DNA of 64,000 nucleotides, from NCBI GenBank assembly GCA_051745285.1, contig JBNJDX010000004.1, positions 1,651 through 65,650 of the forward strand, given 5' to 3'. Positions 1 through 10,731 of the stretch are shown here, piece by piece. This stretch comes from Spirochaetota bacterium (GTDB lineage: Bacteria; Spirochaetota; Spirochaetia; CAKZLE01). The notes under the pieces were generated by a model. That model was not told the DNA's origin. It made no database searches and worked only from the letters and a program-made list of their open reading frames with translations. Each line of letters starts with the position of its first letter. The stretch's first letter is position 1. The translations under genes were made by a program, and so were the position numbers.

Positions 1-2
1 GG

Positions 3-521
3 ATAACAAAATCGCCTTCCAGGATGTCCGAGGATATAGGTATGTCCAATATGTCGATTGGCAGAGCTTTCAGTGAATTGGAACTTCATAATATTGCATC
101 CGTTAGAACAATTGGTAAAGAAAAAAAACTGGAGTATTATTCACACGGACAAAGCCTTTGGGAAAGCTCCCTTCCTCTTTTAAAATCTCCAGTTACTTCA
201 TCGGAAACTGTTGCATATCAGAACAATAACGATCTGATCATAGCAGGAGAATCAGCCCTCTCTCGCTATTCCATGATAAATGAACCAAGCATACCTACTT
301 TCGCCGTATTAAATAGAGCGAAGAATACTATGATTCAAACGAATGCGCTGGAAGAGTATTTTAATAAAGAGATGATCATTCAGAAATGGTCATATGATCC
401 CCGAATTTTATCTATGAACGGAATTGCCGATCCGCTTTCGGTCTATCTTGAATTTAAGAATTCTGATGATGAGCGAATTGAAGAAGCACTTGAAGATTTA
501 ATTAAGGATATACAATGGTAA
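3..521 (+). CDS. winged-HTH (MarR/AbiEi-like) putative antitoxin or regulator, 5'-truncated by the window edge
   Basis: Frame is open from position 3 (ITKSPSRMSEDIGMSNMSIGRAFSELE, HTH-like); C-terminal DPLSVYL...DERIEEAL; overlaps the start of the downstream nucleotidyltransferase. Confidence 0.55.
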   Translation: MTKSPSRMSEDIGMSNMSIGRAFSELELHNIASVRTIGKEKKLEYYSHGQSLWESSLPLLKSPVTSSETVAYQNNNDLIIAGESALSRYSMINEPSIPTFAVLNRAKNTMIQTNALEEYFNKEMIIQKWSYDPRILSMNGIADPLSVYLEFKNSDDERIEEALEDLIKDIQW

Positions 522-1276
522 AAGGAATTGATGTTTTTAGAGATCACTTCAAAGGGTTTGAAGACCGTTATGTACTCATAGGCGGTACCGCTTCAAGTAT
601 TGTGATGGAAGAAGCTGGTGCGGCTTTCAGGGCAACAAAGGATCTTGATATAGTCCTGTGTATTGAAACTCTCGATTTCGATTTCGTACAAAAATTCTGG
701 GAATTCGTTGAAAATGGTGAATACTCCAGCCGCCAGAAAAGCACAGGGAAAAAGCTTTTTTACCGATTCCATTCTCCTCAGAATAAGAGCTTTCCCTATA
801 TGCTTGAACTCTTTTCCAGGATTCCGGATTCTCTTGAAACTTCGGCAAAGAATTCACAACTTACACCGATTCCTGTTGAAGAAGATATTTCCAGTTTATC
901 GGCAATCCTTCTTGATTCAGCTTATTATCACCTTATTTATCAAAACATAAAGGTTATAGAGAATTTGCCTGTTATCGGTCCGGAGGTTCTTATACCTTTG
1001 AAAGCAAAGGCATGGCTTGATCTAATCGAAAGAAAAACATTAGGTAATACTATTGATTCCAAAGTTATCAGAAAGCACAGGAACGATGTTTTCAGACTAT
1101 TTCAACTTCTCCCTGAAAATCATTCAATAAGCTTTCCGAAGGAAATACAAGAAGACCTCAGACAATTCACCGATGGAATTGTTTCCGATACTGGAATAAA
1201 CCTGAAATCCCTTGGTATAAGAACACAATCCCTACACGGAGTTATTTCAAGGTTAAAAGAATTTTACAGAATTTGA
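515..1276 (+). CDS. AbiEii/DUF1814-like nucleotidyltransferase (putative type IV toxin)
   Basis: YVLIGGTA...RATKDLDIVL NTase motif, LKAKAW and KHRNDVF motifs; AT-rich sequence. Confidence 0.65.
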   Translation: MVKGIDVFRDHFKGFEDRYVLIGGTASSIVMEEAGAAFRATKDLDIVLCIETLDFDFVQKFWEFVENGEYSSRQKSTGKKLFYRFHSPQNKSFPYMLELFSRIPDSLETSAKNSQLTPIPVEEDISSLSAILLDSAYYHLIYQNIKVIENLPVIGPEVLIPLKAKAWLDLIERKTLGNTIDSKVIRKHRNDVFRLFQLLPENHSISFPKEIQEDLRQFTDGIVSDTGINLKSLGIRTQSLHGVISRLKEFYRI

Positions 1277-1342
1277 TTAACATGATCGTAACCGCACATT
1301 CAAGATACAAGAAAGAAGCTTTCCTTGATGCAATGCCCCAAG

Positions 1343-1564
1343 TCACTGCTCATCATCCTCGCTATTGATCAGAAATTCGGCAAAATCTTTGAGTGTTTCC
1401 GCCTTAAAGATCGACAAACCCTTTTTTTTATTCCCGAAGACAACCAGCGAATCTCCCGGTTTGATTCCAAAGTAATCCCTTGCTTCCTTTGGAATCACGA
1501 TCTGGCCGCGTTCGCCAACCTTCACGGTTCCGCAGACACATGTTCCATCATTGAGTTCCAGCAT
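1343..1564 (-). CDS. AbrB/MazE/SpoVT family DNA-binding protein
   Basis: VKVGERGQIVIPKEARDYFGIKPGDSL; GGAGG SD before ATG at 1564 (the ORF track start at 1768 is probably too long). Confidence 0.85.
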   Translation of the reverse strand: MLELNDGTCVCGTVKVGERGQIVIPKEARDYFGIKPGDSLVVFGNKKKGLSIFKAETLKDFAEFLINSEDDEQ

Positions 1565-1637
1565 ATTTCCTCCCGATAGGCAGCCCGGCTGCCGTAGTAC
1601 CCATACATATATGAATATACATACTATTCCAACCCTG

Positions 1638-1666
1638 ACAGTAGTGGTCAGCAGATGGATTGTCAA
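1638..1666 (-). promoter_or_regulatory. sigma70-type promoter of the AbrB-family gene
   Basis: Minus strand TTGACA-17 nt-TACTGT. Confidence 0.55.
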
Positions 1667-1803
1667 TAAAGCCCCCAGGAAACTGCCTTGAGGAAGACCA
1701 TGGGAAAGAGCCTGTTTTACCTTCAGACGTTTGCGGTTATGGATAAAATCATGTACGATGAGAGACATATCAGTATCGTGAGAGTGCTTAAGCGAGGGAA
1801 GTA

Positions 1804-2124
1804 ATGAAAGAGGTTATCGAATCTATCCTTCAGGCTGAAAAGCAGGCTGAACAGACTGTCAAAGAGGCAAAGCAAAAGGCCGCTGAAATTTCCAGGGCAA
1901 GCGACCGTGAAATTCAGCAGGAAAAAGAGCAGCTTAGACAAACTGTTCGTGACAGGATATCAGAAGAAGTTCAGAAAGCTCAAAAGCAGGCTGCCAATGA
2001 ACAGCTGTCCCCTCCTCCCTCAGACCATGCCGGGCTGCTGGAGGAGCTCGGCATAACCCAAGAGTACTACGATACTGTTGTGCAGCAAGTGGTGGATCTT
2101 CTGACCAAGCCTGACCTGCAGTAA
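1804..2124 (+). CDS. V/A-type ATPase peripheral stalk subunit G/H
   Basis: Charged coiled coil (MKEVIESILQAEKQAEQTVKEAKQKA); first gene of the ATPase operon. Confidence 0.7.
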   Translation: MKEVIESILQAEKQAEQTVKEAKQKAAEISRASDREIQQEKEQLRQTVRDRISEEVQKAQKQAANEQLSPPPSDHAGLLEELGITQEYYDTVVQQVVDLLTKPDLQ

Positions 2125-2141
2125 TCCCGGAGTGACGTATC

Positions 2142-3341
2142 ATGAACAGGTCGATAGACTATACCTATTTCAACGCCCGCCTGCACGGCATGATAAGCCG
2201 TCTGCTCACCGACAGACAAATTGAGGCCATGGACCGAGCGGCGACCATACCCGAGTTGCTCTACCTCCTGCGTGAAACCCCCTACGGGCATCTCGCGGAG
2301 GTGTATACGGAAACCGGGGATACCAATATGGTAGAGCTCGAATTAATCCTTCATCATCGCAGCATGTTTGCTAACGTAAGAAAACACAGTCCCGACAAAC
2401 TGCAGCCTGTTATCAGGGCCTTTGCCTTTGAAATAGACAGTAAACTTCTTCTTTCATCAATCCGGCTCTGGTTTGATCAGTGCATCCGGGGGCGCTCTAT
2501 CGGTGATTTTATCGGCTATATCCCGGAAGGAACAAGCTGGCAAGGGGTAACCCCCCAGCAGATAATCAACGCACAGGACCTATCAGAGCTGCTTGTACTC
2601 CTCGAGCGGGCAGCATTTGTCAGCAGCGACCGCAAAAACGAGCTCATTCCCCACTTGAAAGAGGAATTACAGGAGGTGCCTGAAAGCAAGCACCTCTATT
2701 ATGTTGAACTGGCTATCGACTCAGCCTATTACCTCCAGCTTCGAAAGGCAGAGAGACACCTGCCTAAAGAAGATCAAACCATACTCTCGGGTATGACGGA
2801 CAAACAGACTGACAATAAAAATGTCGGCAGGATGATTCGTCATCCTGAGCAAATCCATACGCTTCTCCAGGAGCAAAACAGCATGGGTATGATCGCAGAG
2901 CAGCTTGAACGAATCCTCATTCCCAAGGGGAAAAAGACCTCAATAGAGCAAGTTGCCCGGGCCCTGTCCAGCAGACAGCAAAGGCGCCCAGAGCGGGAAG
3001 AGGGCTCCAGACGCCGGGAACCGTCCTCCTCTGAAGCCCGTCGAGCCGTATTACAGTTACTCGTCGATATTGAGGCTCTCACGCAGCAGCAGGTACAACA
3101 AAGCGGGGAGGCAGCCGAAGCAAGCCGACAAAAAGCCACGCTCCGGGAACTGACAGCAATGGAGAGAAATCTAGCCGCTGAACAGGAAGAACAGGCAAGG
3201 AGGCTCATGCGGGCTGACCCCTTCACCATTGCCACCCTGATAGCCTTTCTCATCTTTAAGAAACGTGATATAGAGACAGTACGTTCGTTAATGCATGCCA
3301 CCTACTATGGATTGCAGCGCAAGGAGGTATACCAAGCATGA
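2142..3341 (+). CDS. ntpC: V/A-type ATPase subunit C (AC39)
   Basis: DYTYFNARLHGMISRLL N-terminus, DPFTIATLIAFL C-terminus; operon position. Confidence 0.85.
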   Translation: MNRSIDYTYFNARLHGMISRLLTDRQIEAMDRAATIPELLYLLRETPYGHLAEVYTETGDTNMVELELILHHRSMFANVRKHSPDKLQPVIRAFAFEIDSKLLLSSIRLWFDQCIRGRSIGDFIGYIPEGTSWQGVTPQQIINAQDLSELLVLLERAAFVSSDRKNELIPHLKEELQEVPESKHLYYVELAIDSAYYLQLRKAERHLPKEDQTILSGMTDKQTDNKNVGRMIRHPEQIHTLLQEQNSMGMIAEQLERILIPKGKKTSIEQVARALSSRQQRRPEREEGSRRREPSSSEARRAVLQLLVDIEALTQQQVQQSGEAAEASRQKATLRELTAMERNLAAEQEEQARRLMRADPFTIATLIAFLIFKKRDIETVRSLMHATYYGLQRKEVYQA

Positions 3342-5386
3342 TCTTTCCCCAGCGAATGCGAAGACTTAATGCCTTGGTGCTTCAGGAGGATGCTCCAGCC
3401 CTTACAAAAAAACTCCTCAACCTCGGCGTCATTGACTTTGTGGACATGCGTGAGCTCTCCGAGGATCTAACGAGCACCCTTGCCACCGAGAAGGATGAGG
3501 CATCAACTCAACGGCTGATTGAGACCCGCCAACGGATCGAAATGTTTCTTCGCACCGCTGATATCAACCTTCCCGATGAAGGCGATCTGGACGCAGAACA
3601 TGTAGAGCCGGTGGATCTTGATGCGATTGATGCACGGCTGGACAAGTTGGGGGCAGCTGTCCAGGCTGTCAGAGACGAACAGCAGTCTGTACAACAGGAA
3701 CTGCACCGCACAGCTGAACTTCAGGAGCAGATCCGTCTGTTTCCCGAAATCACTGAGATATCACCTTCCGGCTCATATGCTGCTATAAGGGCCGGCGTTG
3801 TGGGACGCTCCCGGCTCTCTTCGTTGAAGCAAGCGCTCTCGGGGCTCCCGGTGTATCTATACCCAGTTGATGAACAGGCCGAAGAAGTCCAGCTTCTGAT
3901 TATGTATATGCAGCGGGATGCCGATAAGGTTGGCTCGATTCTTGACCGGATGCAGTGGAAAACCATTGATATCCCGCAGGAGCTTCGCGGTAAGAAGTCG
4001 CAGTTACTCGAGGACTTTACGACCCGGATGTATGAGGCCAAACGTCGGCAGAAAGAACTGGCAGACAAGGCCCAGCAGCTTATCACTCAGCAGAAGGACG
4101 AACTGCTGACGACCTGGAAACATTTGATTATCAGTGAACGTATCCAGAGTATCCAGTCGCATTATGCTCATACAGCCCGGACAGTGCTGGTTACCGGCTG
4201 GATTCCGGCCCGCCGCGTGGAAGCTGTCGAGAAATGTCTCCGGGAGACCACCGATGGGCGCTCATATATCCAGTGGGCAACTCCTGAAGAGGATCGCACC
4301 ATCAAACCGGAGAGTGTGCCGGTGCAACTGACCCATTCAAAGCTGCTCTCTCCCTTCCAATGGCTTGTGGAAAATTATTCCCTGCCTCAGTACGGTACTA
4401 TCGATCCGACGCCGCTGGTTGCTGTCACCTATCTGATTATGTTCGGCCTCATGTTCGGGGATGCCGGGCACGGAGTGGTTCTCTCCCTCGTTGGTTTTCT
4501 GGTGCTGTTGTGGAGAAGAACATCCCGCTCTCAGCAGGAACTTGCGCATGACACCCCTGCCAAACTAGCGAGTCTCATTATCTGGTGCGGCGCTTCAGCT
4601 GTCGTCATGGGCGTGTTGTTCGGCTCCTATTTTGGTTATCAATGGTTCCCTCCCCTCTGGTTTGACTATCACTCAATCGTCTCAGGTCACGGGGGCGCCG
4701 GCGGGCCCTCCTATGCCAACAGTATCTACGATATCCTCGGAATAACAATTCGCTTCGGGGTTGCTGTTATTGCGCTGGGAATCATCCTCAACTGTGTCAA
4801 TCGAATCCGCTCCCGCCAGTGGATACATCTGTTTTTCGACACTGGCGGGTTGCTCGGCGGCTGGTTCTACGCCGGAGGCGTCTGGGCAGGTTTCTTTTTT
4901 GTTTCCAGCGGGTACGAACAACTCCCGCCTGGTTCTACCCTGTTTCCTGCTGTCGGTCTCCCGCTTCTCCTCTTTGCGTTGAAGGGCCCGGCCTCTTTTA
5001 TCGCTGCTAAACGTTCTGCTGAGCCAGGCAAACAACCAACAGTATCTCCCAGCGCGGTGGGTCACGCCCTGACCGACTGGATTGTTGAGCTGCTTGAACT
5101 GGTTACCGGCTATCTTTCAAACACCCTGTCGTTCATGCGAATAGCAGGCCTCGGTATAGCTCACGTGAGCCTGATGACAGCATTTTTTCAGATCGCCGAG
5201 ACTACCGGCTCGCAAGTGGGAGCCGTTGCTGTGATGATCCTTGGTAATGCGATAGTAATCGTACTAGAAGGTCTCTCGGCCGGTGTCCAGTCGCTGCGAT
5301 TGCATTACTATGAATTTTTCACAAAATACTTCTGCGGGTCGGGACGAGTATATCGCCCTGTGTCACTGCGCAGAGCTGAGGTATAA
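3338..5386 (+). CDS. ntpI: V/A-type ATPase subunit I (a)
   Basis: IDPTPLV..MFGLMFGDAGHG, SNTLSFMRIAGLGIAH (essential Arg), LRLHYYEFF. Confidence 0.95.
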   Translation: MIFPQRMRRLNALVLQEDAPALTKKLLNLGVIDFVDMRELSEDLTSTLATEKDEASTQRLIETRQRIEMFLRTADINLPDEGDLDAEHVEPVDLDAIDARLDKLGAAVQAVRDEQQSVQQELHRTAELQEQIRLFPEITEISPSGSYAAIRAGVVGRSRLSSLKQALSGLPVYLYPVDEQAEEVQLLIMYMQRDADKVGSILDRMQWKTIDIPQELRGKKSQLLEDFTTRMYEAKRRQKELADKAQQLITQQKDELLTTWKHLIISERIQSIQSHYAHTARTVLVTGWIPARRVEAVEKCLRETTDGRSYIQWATPEEDRTIKPESVPVQLTHSKLLSPFQWLVENYSLPQYGTIDPTPLVAVTYLIMFGLMFGDAGHGVVLSLVGFLVLLWRRTSRSQQELAHDTPAKLASLIIWCGASAVVMGVLFGSYFGYQWFPPLWFDYHSIVSGHGGAGGPSYANSIYDILGITIRFGVAVIALGIILNCVNRIRSRQWIHLFFDTGGLLGGWFYAGGVWAGFFFVSSGYEQLPPGSTLFPAVGLPLLLFALKGPASFIAAKRSAEPGKQPTVSPSAVGHALTDWIVELLELVTGYLSNTLSFMRIAGLGIAHVSLMTAFFQIAETTGSQVGAVAVMILGNAIVIVLEGLSAGVQSLRLHYYEFFTKYFCGSGRVYRPVSLRRAEV

Positions 5387-5424
5387 AGGCAACAGACAAT
5401 TTTGGTTTTGGAGGTATACAGACA

Positions 5425-5808
5425 ATGAACCAACAGCAGAAGGCGTTCAAACGCCGCACCAGCTACAGTTTTCTCATCATCGGCGTTCTCATGGCAGTGA
5501 TGAGTCTTTTTGTTACCCTGCCGGTCAATGCTCAGAGCCAGGAGGGCGAGGAAGTTGCTCCTGCAGCCTCCCAATTGACTGAGGAGGATGCGCAACGACA
5601 GAAGTGGGGCATGCTTGCCGCAGCCGCGGCTTTTGGCTTCGGGGCAATCGGAGCAGGAATGGCAATATCAAAAGTCGGCTCTGCAGCCATGGGGGCCATG
5701 AGCGAACGACCTGAGGTCGGTGGGCAGGCACTCATTTTTGTTGCCATGGCTGAAGGTATAGTCATATTCGGCTTCATCTCAGCCCTGATGATTTTGGGGA
5801 AGTTTTGA
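5425..5808 (+). CDS. ntpK: V/A-type ATPase proteolipid subunit K (c), single hairpin with N-terminal leader
   Basis: GFGAIGAGMAI..SERPE..FVAMAEGIVIFG with conserved Glu. Confidence 0.92.
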   Translation: MNQQQKAFKRRTSYSFLIIGVLMAVMSLFVTLPVNAQSQEGEEVAPAASQLTEEDAQRQKWGMLAAAAAFGFGAIGAGMAISKVGSAAMGAMSERPEVGGQALIFVAMAEGIVIFGFISALMILGKF

Positions 5809-6110
5809 GATACTACGTCATCGGCGATGAGGATACCGTTCTTGGTTTCGGAATGGTCGGGGTTAAAGGCCAGCGTGTTTCATCCCAGGATGAAGCGGCT
5901 GCTTCCTTCGATGAGGCCATTTCACAGCACGACATCGGGATCATCATCATTACAGAGCCGTGTGCCGATATGATCCGCGCACGGGTGAACAGATATCTAT
6001 TTGCTCATGAGTTCCCTCTCATCGTGGAAATTCCCGACCGTAACGGCCGCGATCCTGACAAGCCGGGACTTCGGGACATGGTAAACCAGGCTATCGGCAT
6101 ACATGTATAA
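5805..6110 (+). CDS. ntpF: V/A-type ATPase subunit F
   Basis: VIGDEDTVLGFGMVG, DIGIIIITE, PLIVEIP; TTG start overlapping the K stop. Confidence 0.92.
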   Translation: MRYYVIGDEDTVLGFGMVGVKGQRVSSQDEAAASFDEAISQHDIGIIIITEPCADMIRARVNRYLFAHEFPLIVEIPDRNGRDPDKPGLRDMVNQAIGIHV

Positions 6111-6798
6111 GGCAGAACGTATGAAAGAGCATGATAAACAGACAACAACCAGCGAACACGGCGATGGATCAGCTGTAGTTGAGGGCATACTCAACGAGGC
6201 CCGCTCAGAAGCCGAACGTCTCATTACTCAGGCCGAACAATCCGCCGCCCAGCGCAAAGCGGCCTTTACCAAGCAGAAACAGCGAGAGCTCGAAGAAGCT
6301 GAACGGGAGGCAAAAAAACGCGCAGAGGAGGTGCTCTCTGCTGCCCGTTCTCGAAGAGAGATTGAGTTACGACGCAGAAAGCTGCTTCTGCAGGAGCGTC
6401 TTTCAAACCAGATACTGCAGCAAGCCTCCCGTACCATTGAAAAGATGCTTGAGAGCAAGGAGTATCTGCAAGTCCTTCAGGATCTGCTTACTGAAGCTGC
6501 CATCGGAATCCGCACTGAAGAAGCTGAAGTCAATGCCTCGGCCCGGGAGCGAGAACTCATTACCCAATCGTTGCTTACCGACGTCCAGCGGCAAGTCGAG
6601 GACATTTCGGGAAGACATATTTCGCTGAAACAGAGTACAAACCAGCCGCTTTCAGCCCAGGGCGTGGTGCTTACCTCCCCTGACGGGAGTGTTGCCTTCA
6701 GTAATCAGATCCCGGACCGTATGCGTCGCTACCAGTCGGAAATCCGCCACCTGATCTATTCTCAGCTCTTCGATGAATCTAGGACGGAGGGGGCTTAA
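6103..6798 (+). CDS. ntpE: V/A-type ATPase subunit E
   Basis: Long coiled coil, then GVVLTSPDG.V..SN C-terminal domain; start could be 6121. Confidence 0.85.
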   Translation: MYKAERMKEHDKQTTTSEHGDGSAVVEGILNEARSEAERLITQAEQSAAQRKAAFTKQKQRELEEAEREAKKRAEEVLSAARSRREIELRRRKLLLQERLSNQILQQASRTIEKMLESKEYLQVLQDLLTEAAIGIRTEEAEVNASARERELITQSLLTDVQRQVEDISGRHISLKQSTNQPLSAQGVVLTSPDGSVAFSNQIPDRMRRYQSEIRHLIYSQLFDESRTEGA

Positions 6799-6801
6799 CA
6801 C

Positions 6802-8604
6802 ATGCAGGAACGACTAGTTGGACGGGTACTGCGAGTAAATGGACCGGTTATTGAAGCTGAAGGCATCACAGATGCGCAAATGATGGAACTCGTGCGAGTC
6901 TCTGAGTATCGTCTTATCGGGGAAGTAATCAAAATCGGCAGAGGAAGAGCGGTGATTCAAGTCTATGAGGATACCACCGGGGTAGCCCCAGGCGATGCCG
7001 TATACGGTTCAGGACTGCCGCTCTCGGTCGAACTGGGACCCGGGTTAATCGGAACGATATACGACGGAATTCAACGCCCCCTCGAACATATTGCCGAACT
7101 CTCCGGAAATCGGATTCAGCGAGGCATCAACGCTGCCCCCATCTCCCGGGAAAAACGCTGGGAATTTACACCCCACAAACAGGAGGGAGATACCGTTCAC
7201 CCCGGTGAAATCCTCGGTGTCGTGCAGGAAAGTGGAAGAATTGAGCACCGCATCCTTATTCCTCCACCGATGGAGGGCAATGCATGGCAAGAGGCCGTCA
7301 TTGAAAAGATAGTTCCGGCAGGCTCCTATACAGTTGAAGAGCAGATTGCCCTCCTCCTGCCACAAGACAGCGGCGCAGAAAAAGTCTCTGTGAGCATGCT
7401 GCAGCACTGGCCGATACGAACTCCCAGACCGGTAAGAAACCGGCTCAAACTTGATATTCCGCTCATCACCGGGCAGCGTGTGATCGACTCTCTCTTCCCG
7501 CTTGCCAAGGGCGGGGCCGTCTCCATACCCGGGGGGTTTGGAACAGGCAAGACCATGACCCAGCATGCTGTAGCTAAATGGTGCGATGCTGATATTATTG
7601 TCTATATCGGATGCGGAGAACGGGGCAATGAGATGACTGATGTACTTACCGAGTTCCCCAAACTTATCGACCCGAGGACAGGAACCAGTCTTATGGAGAG
7701 GACTATTCTCATTGCAAATACTTCGAACATGCCTGTATCAGCTAGAGAAGCGAGCATCTATACCGGGGCCTCTCTGGCAGAATACTATCGTGACCAGGGG
7801 TATCATGTGGCCATTATGGCCGACTCGACCTCCCGCTGGGCAGAAGCCCTTCGGGAACTCTCCGGCCGGATGGAAGAAATGCCGGCCGAAGAAGGTTTCC
7901 CTGCCTATCTGCCGACCCGGATCGCTGAATTCTATGAGCGAGCCGGTTATATGGAGACCCTCTCCGGGAGTGAAGGATCTCTCTCCATTATCGGAGCGGT
8001 CTCCCCTCCCGGCGGTGATTTTTCCGAACCGGTCACCCAGCACACCAAGCGGTTTGTCAGGTGCTTTTGGGGGCTGGACCGCCAATTAGCAAATGCACGC
8101 CACTATCCGGCAATCTCCTGGCTCGACAGCTACTCAGAGTATGTGGAAGATGTCCAGCCCTGGTGGGAACAGCACTCCGGTGAAAGCTGGACTGAAAACC
8201 GACGAGAAATCATGTCTTATCTCCAGCGGGAAGTGAAACTCCAGCAGGTAATAAAACTGGTAGGACCTGACGCCCTGCCCGACAGCCAGCGGTTTGTCAT
8301 AGAGGTCTGTACGCTGTTCAAGAACGCTTTTCTCCAGCAGAACGCTTTTGATACCGTGGATCAGTATTCAACGGTTGAAAAGCAGCTTCGTATGATGGAA
8401 ATCATTCTGCTCTACGCCCGCAGAGGTTCCGAGGCGATAAAACGCGGGGTTACGCTGCTGAACCTCCGGCGCATGAAGGTGCTGCAGGAAGTTTCGAAAA
8501 TGAAATTTACTATTGAAAATGAAGATCAGCGCTCCTTTGATAAGCTCGCGAGAAAACTCGAACGTTCAATTGACAAGCTGGAGGCCATTTATGTCGAATC
8601 TTAA
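6802..8604 (+). CDS. ntpA: V/A-type ATPase catalytic subunit A
   Basis: P-loop [29 protein letters not shown]; no intein. Confidence 0.98.
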   Translation: MQERLVGRVLRVNGPVIEAEGITDAQMMELVRVSEYRLIGEVIKIGRGRAVIQVYEDTTGVAPGDAVYGSGLPLSVELGPGLIGTIYDGIQRPLEHIAELSGNRIQRGINAAPISREKRWEFTPHKQEGDTVHPGEILGVVQESGRIEHRILIPPPMEGNAWQEAVIEKIVPAGSYTVEEQIALLLPQDSGAEKVSVSMLQHWPIRTPRPVRNRLKLDIPLITGQRVIDSLFPLAKGGAVSIPGGFGTGKTMTQHAVAKWCDADIIVYIGCGERGNEMTDVLTEFPKLIDPRTGTSLMERTILIANTSNMPVSAREASIYTGASLAEYYRDQGYHVAIMADSTSRWAEALRELSGRMEEMPAEEGFPAYLPTRIAEFYERAGYMETLSGSEGSLSIIGAVSPPGGDFSEPVTQHTKRFVRCFWGLDRQLANARHYPAISWLDSYSEYVEDVQPWWEQHSGESWTENRREIMSYLQREVKLQQVIKLVGPDALPDSQRFVIEVCTLFKNAFLQQNAFDTVDQYSTVEKQLRMMEIILLYARRGSEAIKRGVTLLNLRRMKVLQEVSKMKFTIENEDQRSFDKLARKLERSIDKLEAIYVES

Positions 8605-10006
8605 TAAACTCCATGCGCAGCAGCGCTCTCTGCTGGCTGGCAGGGAGTACATCGGCATCGACAGCATCGACGGCCCAATCGTCATGATACGTAAAACACA
8701 CCCGGTGGGCTACCGGGATTTGGTTGAATGTGTCGACCCGTCAGGCCATGTGAGACTCGGTATAGTGCTGGAGACTTCAGCTGAGGCAGTTGCTGTACAG
8801 GTCTTCGAGGGTACAAGCGGGCTGACGCTGCCTGATACCCGTATTCGCTTCCGAGGAGAGCCGCTCACAGTAGAGGTCACCGAACGAATGCTCGGGCGAG
8901 TCTTTAACGGACTAGGCGCCCCCATTGATGGCGGACCAGTACCGGTGGGAGCTGAAGCTAAGGATGTAAATGGTCTGCCGATTAATCCAACCGAACGGGA
9001 ATACCCTCGGGACTTCATTCAGACCGGCATTTCGGCCATCGACGGGATCAATACCCTTATCAGAGGCCAGAAACTTCCGATATTCTCCGGAAACGGGCTC
9101 CCGCACAATCAACTGGCCGCCCAAATTGCCAGGCAGGCGAAGATTAAAGGGGGCAGCAGTGATTTTGCCGTAGTGTTTGCTGCCATGGGGGTCAAACACG
9201 ATGTTGCGCGGTTTTTTACCAGTTCTTTCGAACAAAGCGGAGTACTGGAGAATGTGGCCCTGTTTCTCTCTTTAGCAGACGACCCCTCGATAGAGCGCAC
9301 ACTCACCCCCCGAACAGCACTGACACTAGCTGAACATCTTGCCTACGACCTCGGTAAACACGTACTGTTTATCATGACTGATATGGCAAATTACTGCGAA
9401 TCTCTACGCGAGATATCAACGCTCAGGGGAGAAATCCCCTCCCGAAAAGGATATCCGGGATACTTGTACTCCGATCTGGCTGAACTCTACGAGCGCTCGG
9501 GAATGATCCGGGGCAATGCAGGGTCAATTACCCAGCTGCCCATTCTGACCATGCCTAATGACGATATATCACACCCGATTCCCGACTTGACAGGCTACAT
9601 CACCGAAGGCCAGATTGTGTTCGACAGGGAACTGCACAGCCGAGGAATCTATCCTCCGGTTGCAGGCCTACCCTCGCTTTCCCGACTTATGAAGGATGGA
9701 ATTGGGGAGGGCATGACGCGTTCTGACCACCCCCACCTGGCAAGCCAGCTGTTTGCCTCCTACAGTTATGTTCAGGATGTACGCAACCTGGCCTCGGTCA
9801 TCGGTGAAGAAGAGCTGACTTCCTTTGATAAACAATTTATGGAGTTCGGCAACGAGTTTGAGCAGAAGTTTGTCAACCAGAGAACTGACGAGGACCGCAG
9901 CATTGAGCAGACCCTGGAAATCGGCTGGAAGTGCCTGAGTATTCTACCTCCCGAAGAACTCACCAGGCTCACTGAAGAAGAGATTGACACCTATTACGGA
10001 CGGTAA
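8591..10006 (+). CDS. ntpB: V/A-type ATPase subunit B
   Basis: [38 protein letters not shown]; GGAGG SD supports ATG at 8591. Confidence 0.97.
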   Translation: MSNLNKLHAQQRSLLAGREYIGIDSIDGPIVMIRKTHPVGYRDLVECVDPSGHVRLGIVLETSAEAVAVQVFEGTSGLTLPDTRIRFRGEPLTVEVTERMLGRVFNGLGAPIDGGPVPVGAEAKDVNGLPINPTEREYPRDFIQTGISAIDGINTLIRGQKLPIFSGNGLPHNQLAAQIARQAKIKGGSSDFAVVFAAMGVKHDVARFFTSSFEQSGVLENVALFLSLADDPSIERTLTPRTALTLAEHLAYDLGKHVLFIMTDMANYCESLREISTLRGEIPSRKGYPGYLYSDLAELYERSGMIRGNAGSITQLPILTMPNDDISHPIPDLTGYITEGQIVFDRELHSRGIYPPVAGLPSLSRLMKDGIGEGMTRSDHPHLASQLFASYSYVQDVRNLASVIGEEELTSFDKQFMEFGNEFEQKFVNQRTDEDRSIEQTLEIGWKCLSILPPEELTRLTEEEIDTYYGR

Positions 10007-10017
10007 GGAACGAGTCT

Positions 10018-10680
10018 ATGGCCAGTAAGACGATGCCTGCACCCACGAAGACAAACCTCATGAACCTCAAAGACCAGCTGGCCTTTGCCCGCCAGGGCTA
10101 TGAACTGCTTGACCAGAAGCGAAATATCCTGGTACTGGAACTGCTGAAGCTGGTCGACCAGGCTGTTGATTTCCAGGAGCAGGCCGATGCTGCCCTGGCC
10201 GGAGCCTACGATTCACTTCAGCGGGCAGTACTGGAGATGGGAAAGCTGCAAACAGCAGGGATAGCCTCCTCAGTCTACATGGAAACGAACATAAACATCT
10301 CTGCCCGGCGGGTGATGGGGGTATCTCTACCGGTCGTTCACACTGAATATGCCGAGCATGGACCCTACTACAGCCCTGACGGGACCAGCCCCTGGGCGGA
10401 CCAGAGCCTTCAGGATTTCAGATCGGCTCTTGAATTGATGGGCCAGCTTGCTGAACTGAAAGTTTCCATCATCAGACTCTCCCAGGAAGTAAAGAAAACT
10501 ATTCGCAAAGTCAATGCTTTAGAAAAAATTGCCATCCCCGAACTCCAAGAGTCTGTTACCTATATCCGCAATCGGCTAGAAGAAGATGAACGGGATATGT
10601 ACGTTCTCATGAAGCGGGTTAAATCCAGAATTGAGAAAAAGAAAGCTGCCGAAGAGTCTGATCGTAGTCAAAAAAAGTAG
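10018..10680 (+). CDS. ntpD: V/A-type ATPase subunit D
   Basis: PTKTNL..GYELLDQKR, KKTIRKVNALEKIAIP. Confidence 0.95.
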   Translation: MASKTMPAPTKTNLMNLKDQLAFARQGYELLDQKRNILVLELLKLVDQAVDFQEQADAALAGAYDSLQRAVLEMGKLQTAGIASSVYMETNINISARRVMGVSLPVVHTEYAEHGPYYSPDGTSPWADQSLQDFRSALELMGQLAELKVSIIRLSQEVKKTIRKVNALEKIAIPELQESVTYIRNRLEEDERDMYVLMKRVKSRIEKKKAAEESDRSQKK

Positions 10681-10731
10681 AGTACACCACCTTCGAGACA
10701 TGGTATACTCACAAGCAATAAGGAGCAGGAG

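Noticed and set aside
6802-8604. Intein in ATPase subunit A
   Set aside because: Length is normal (600 aa) and GCGERGNE is contiguous
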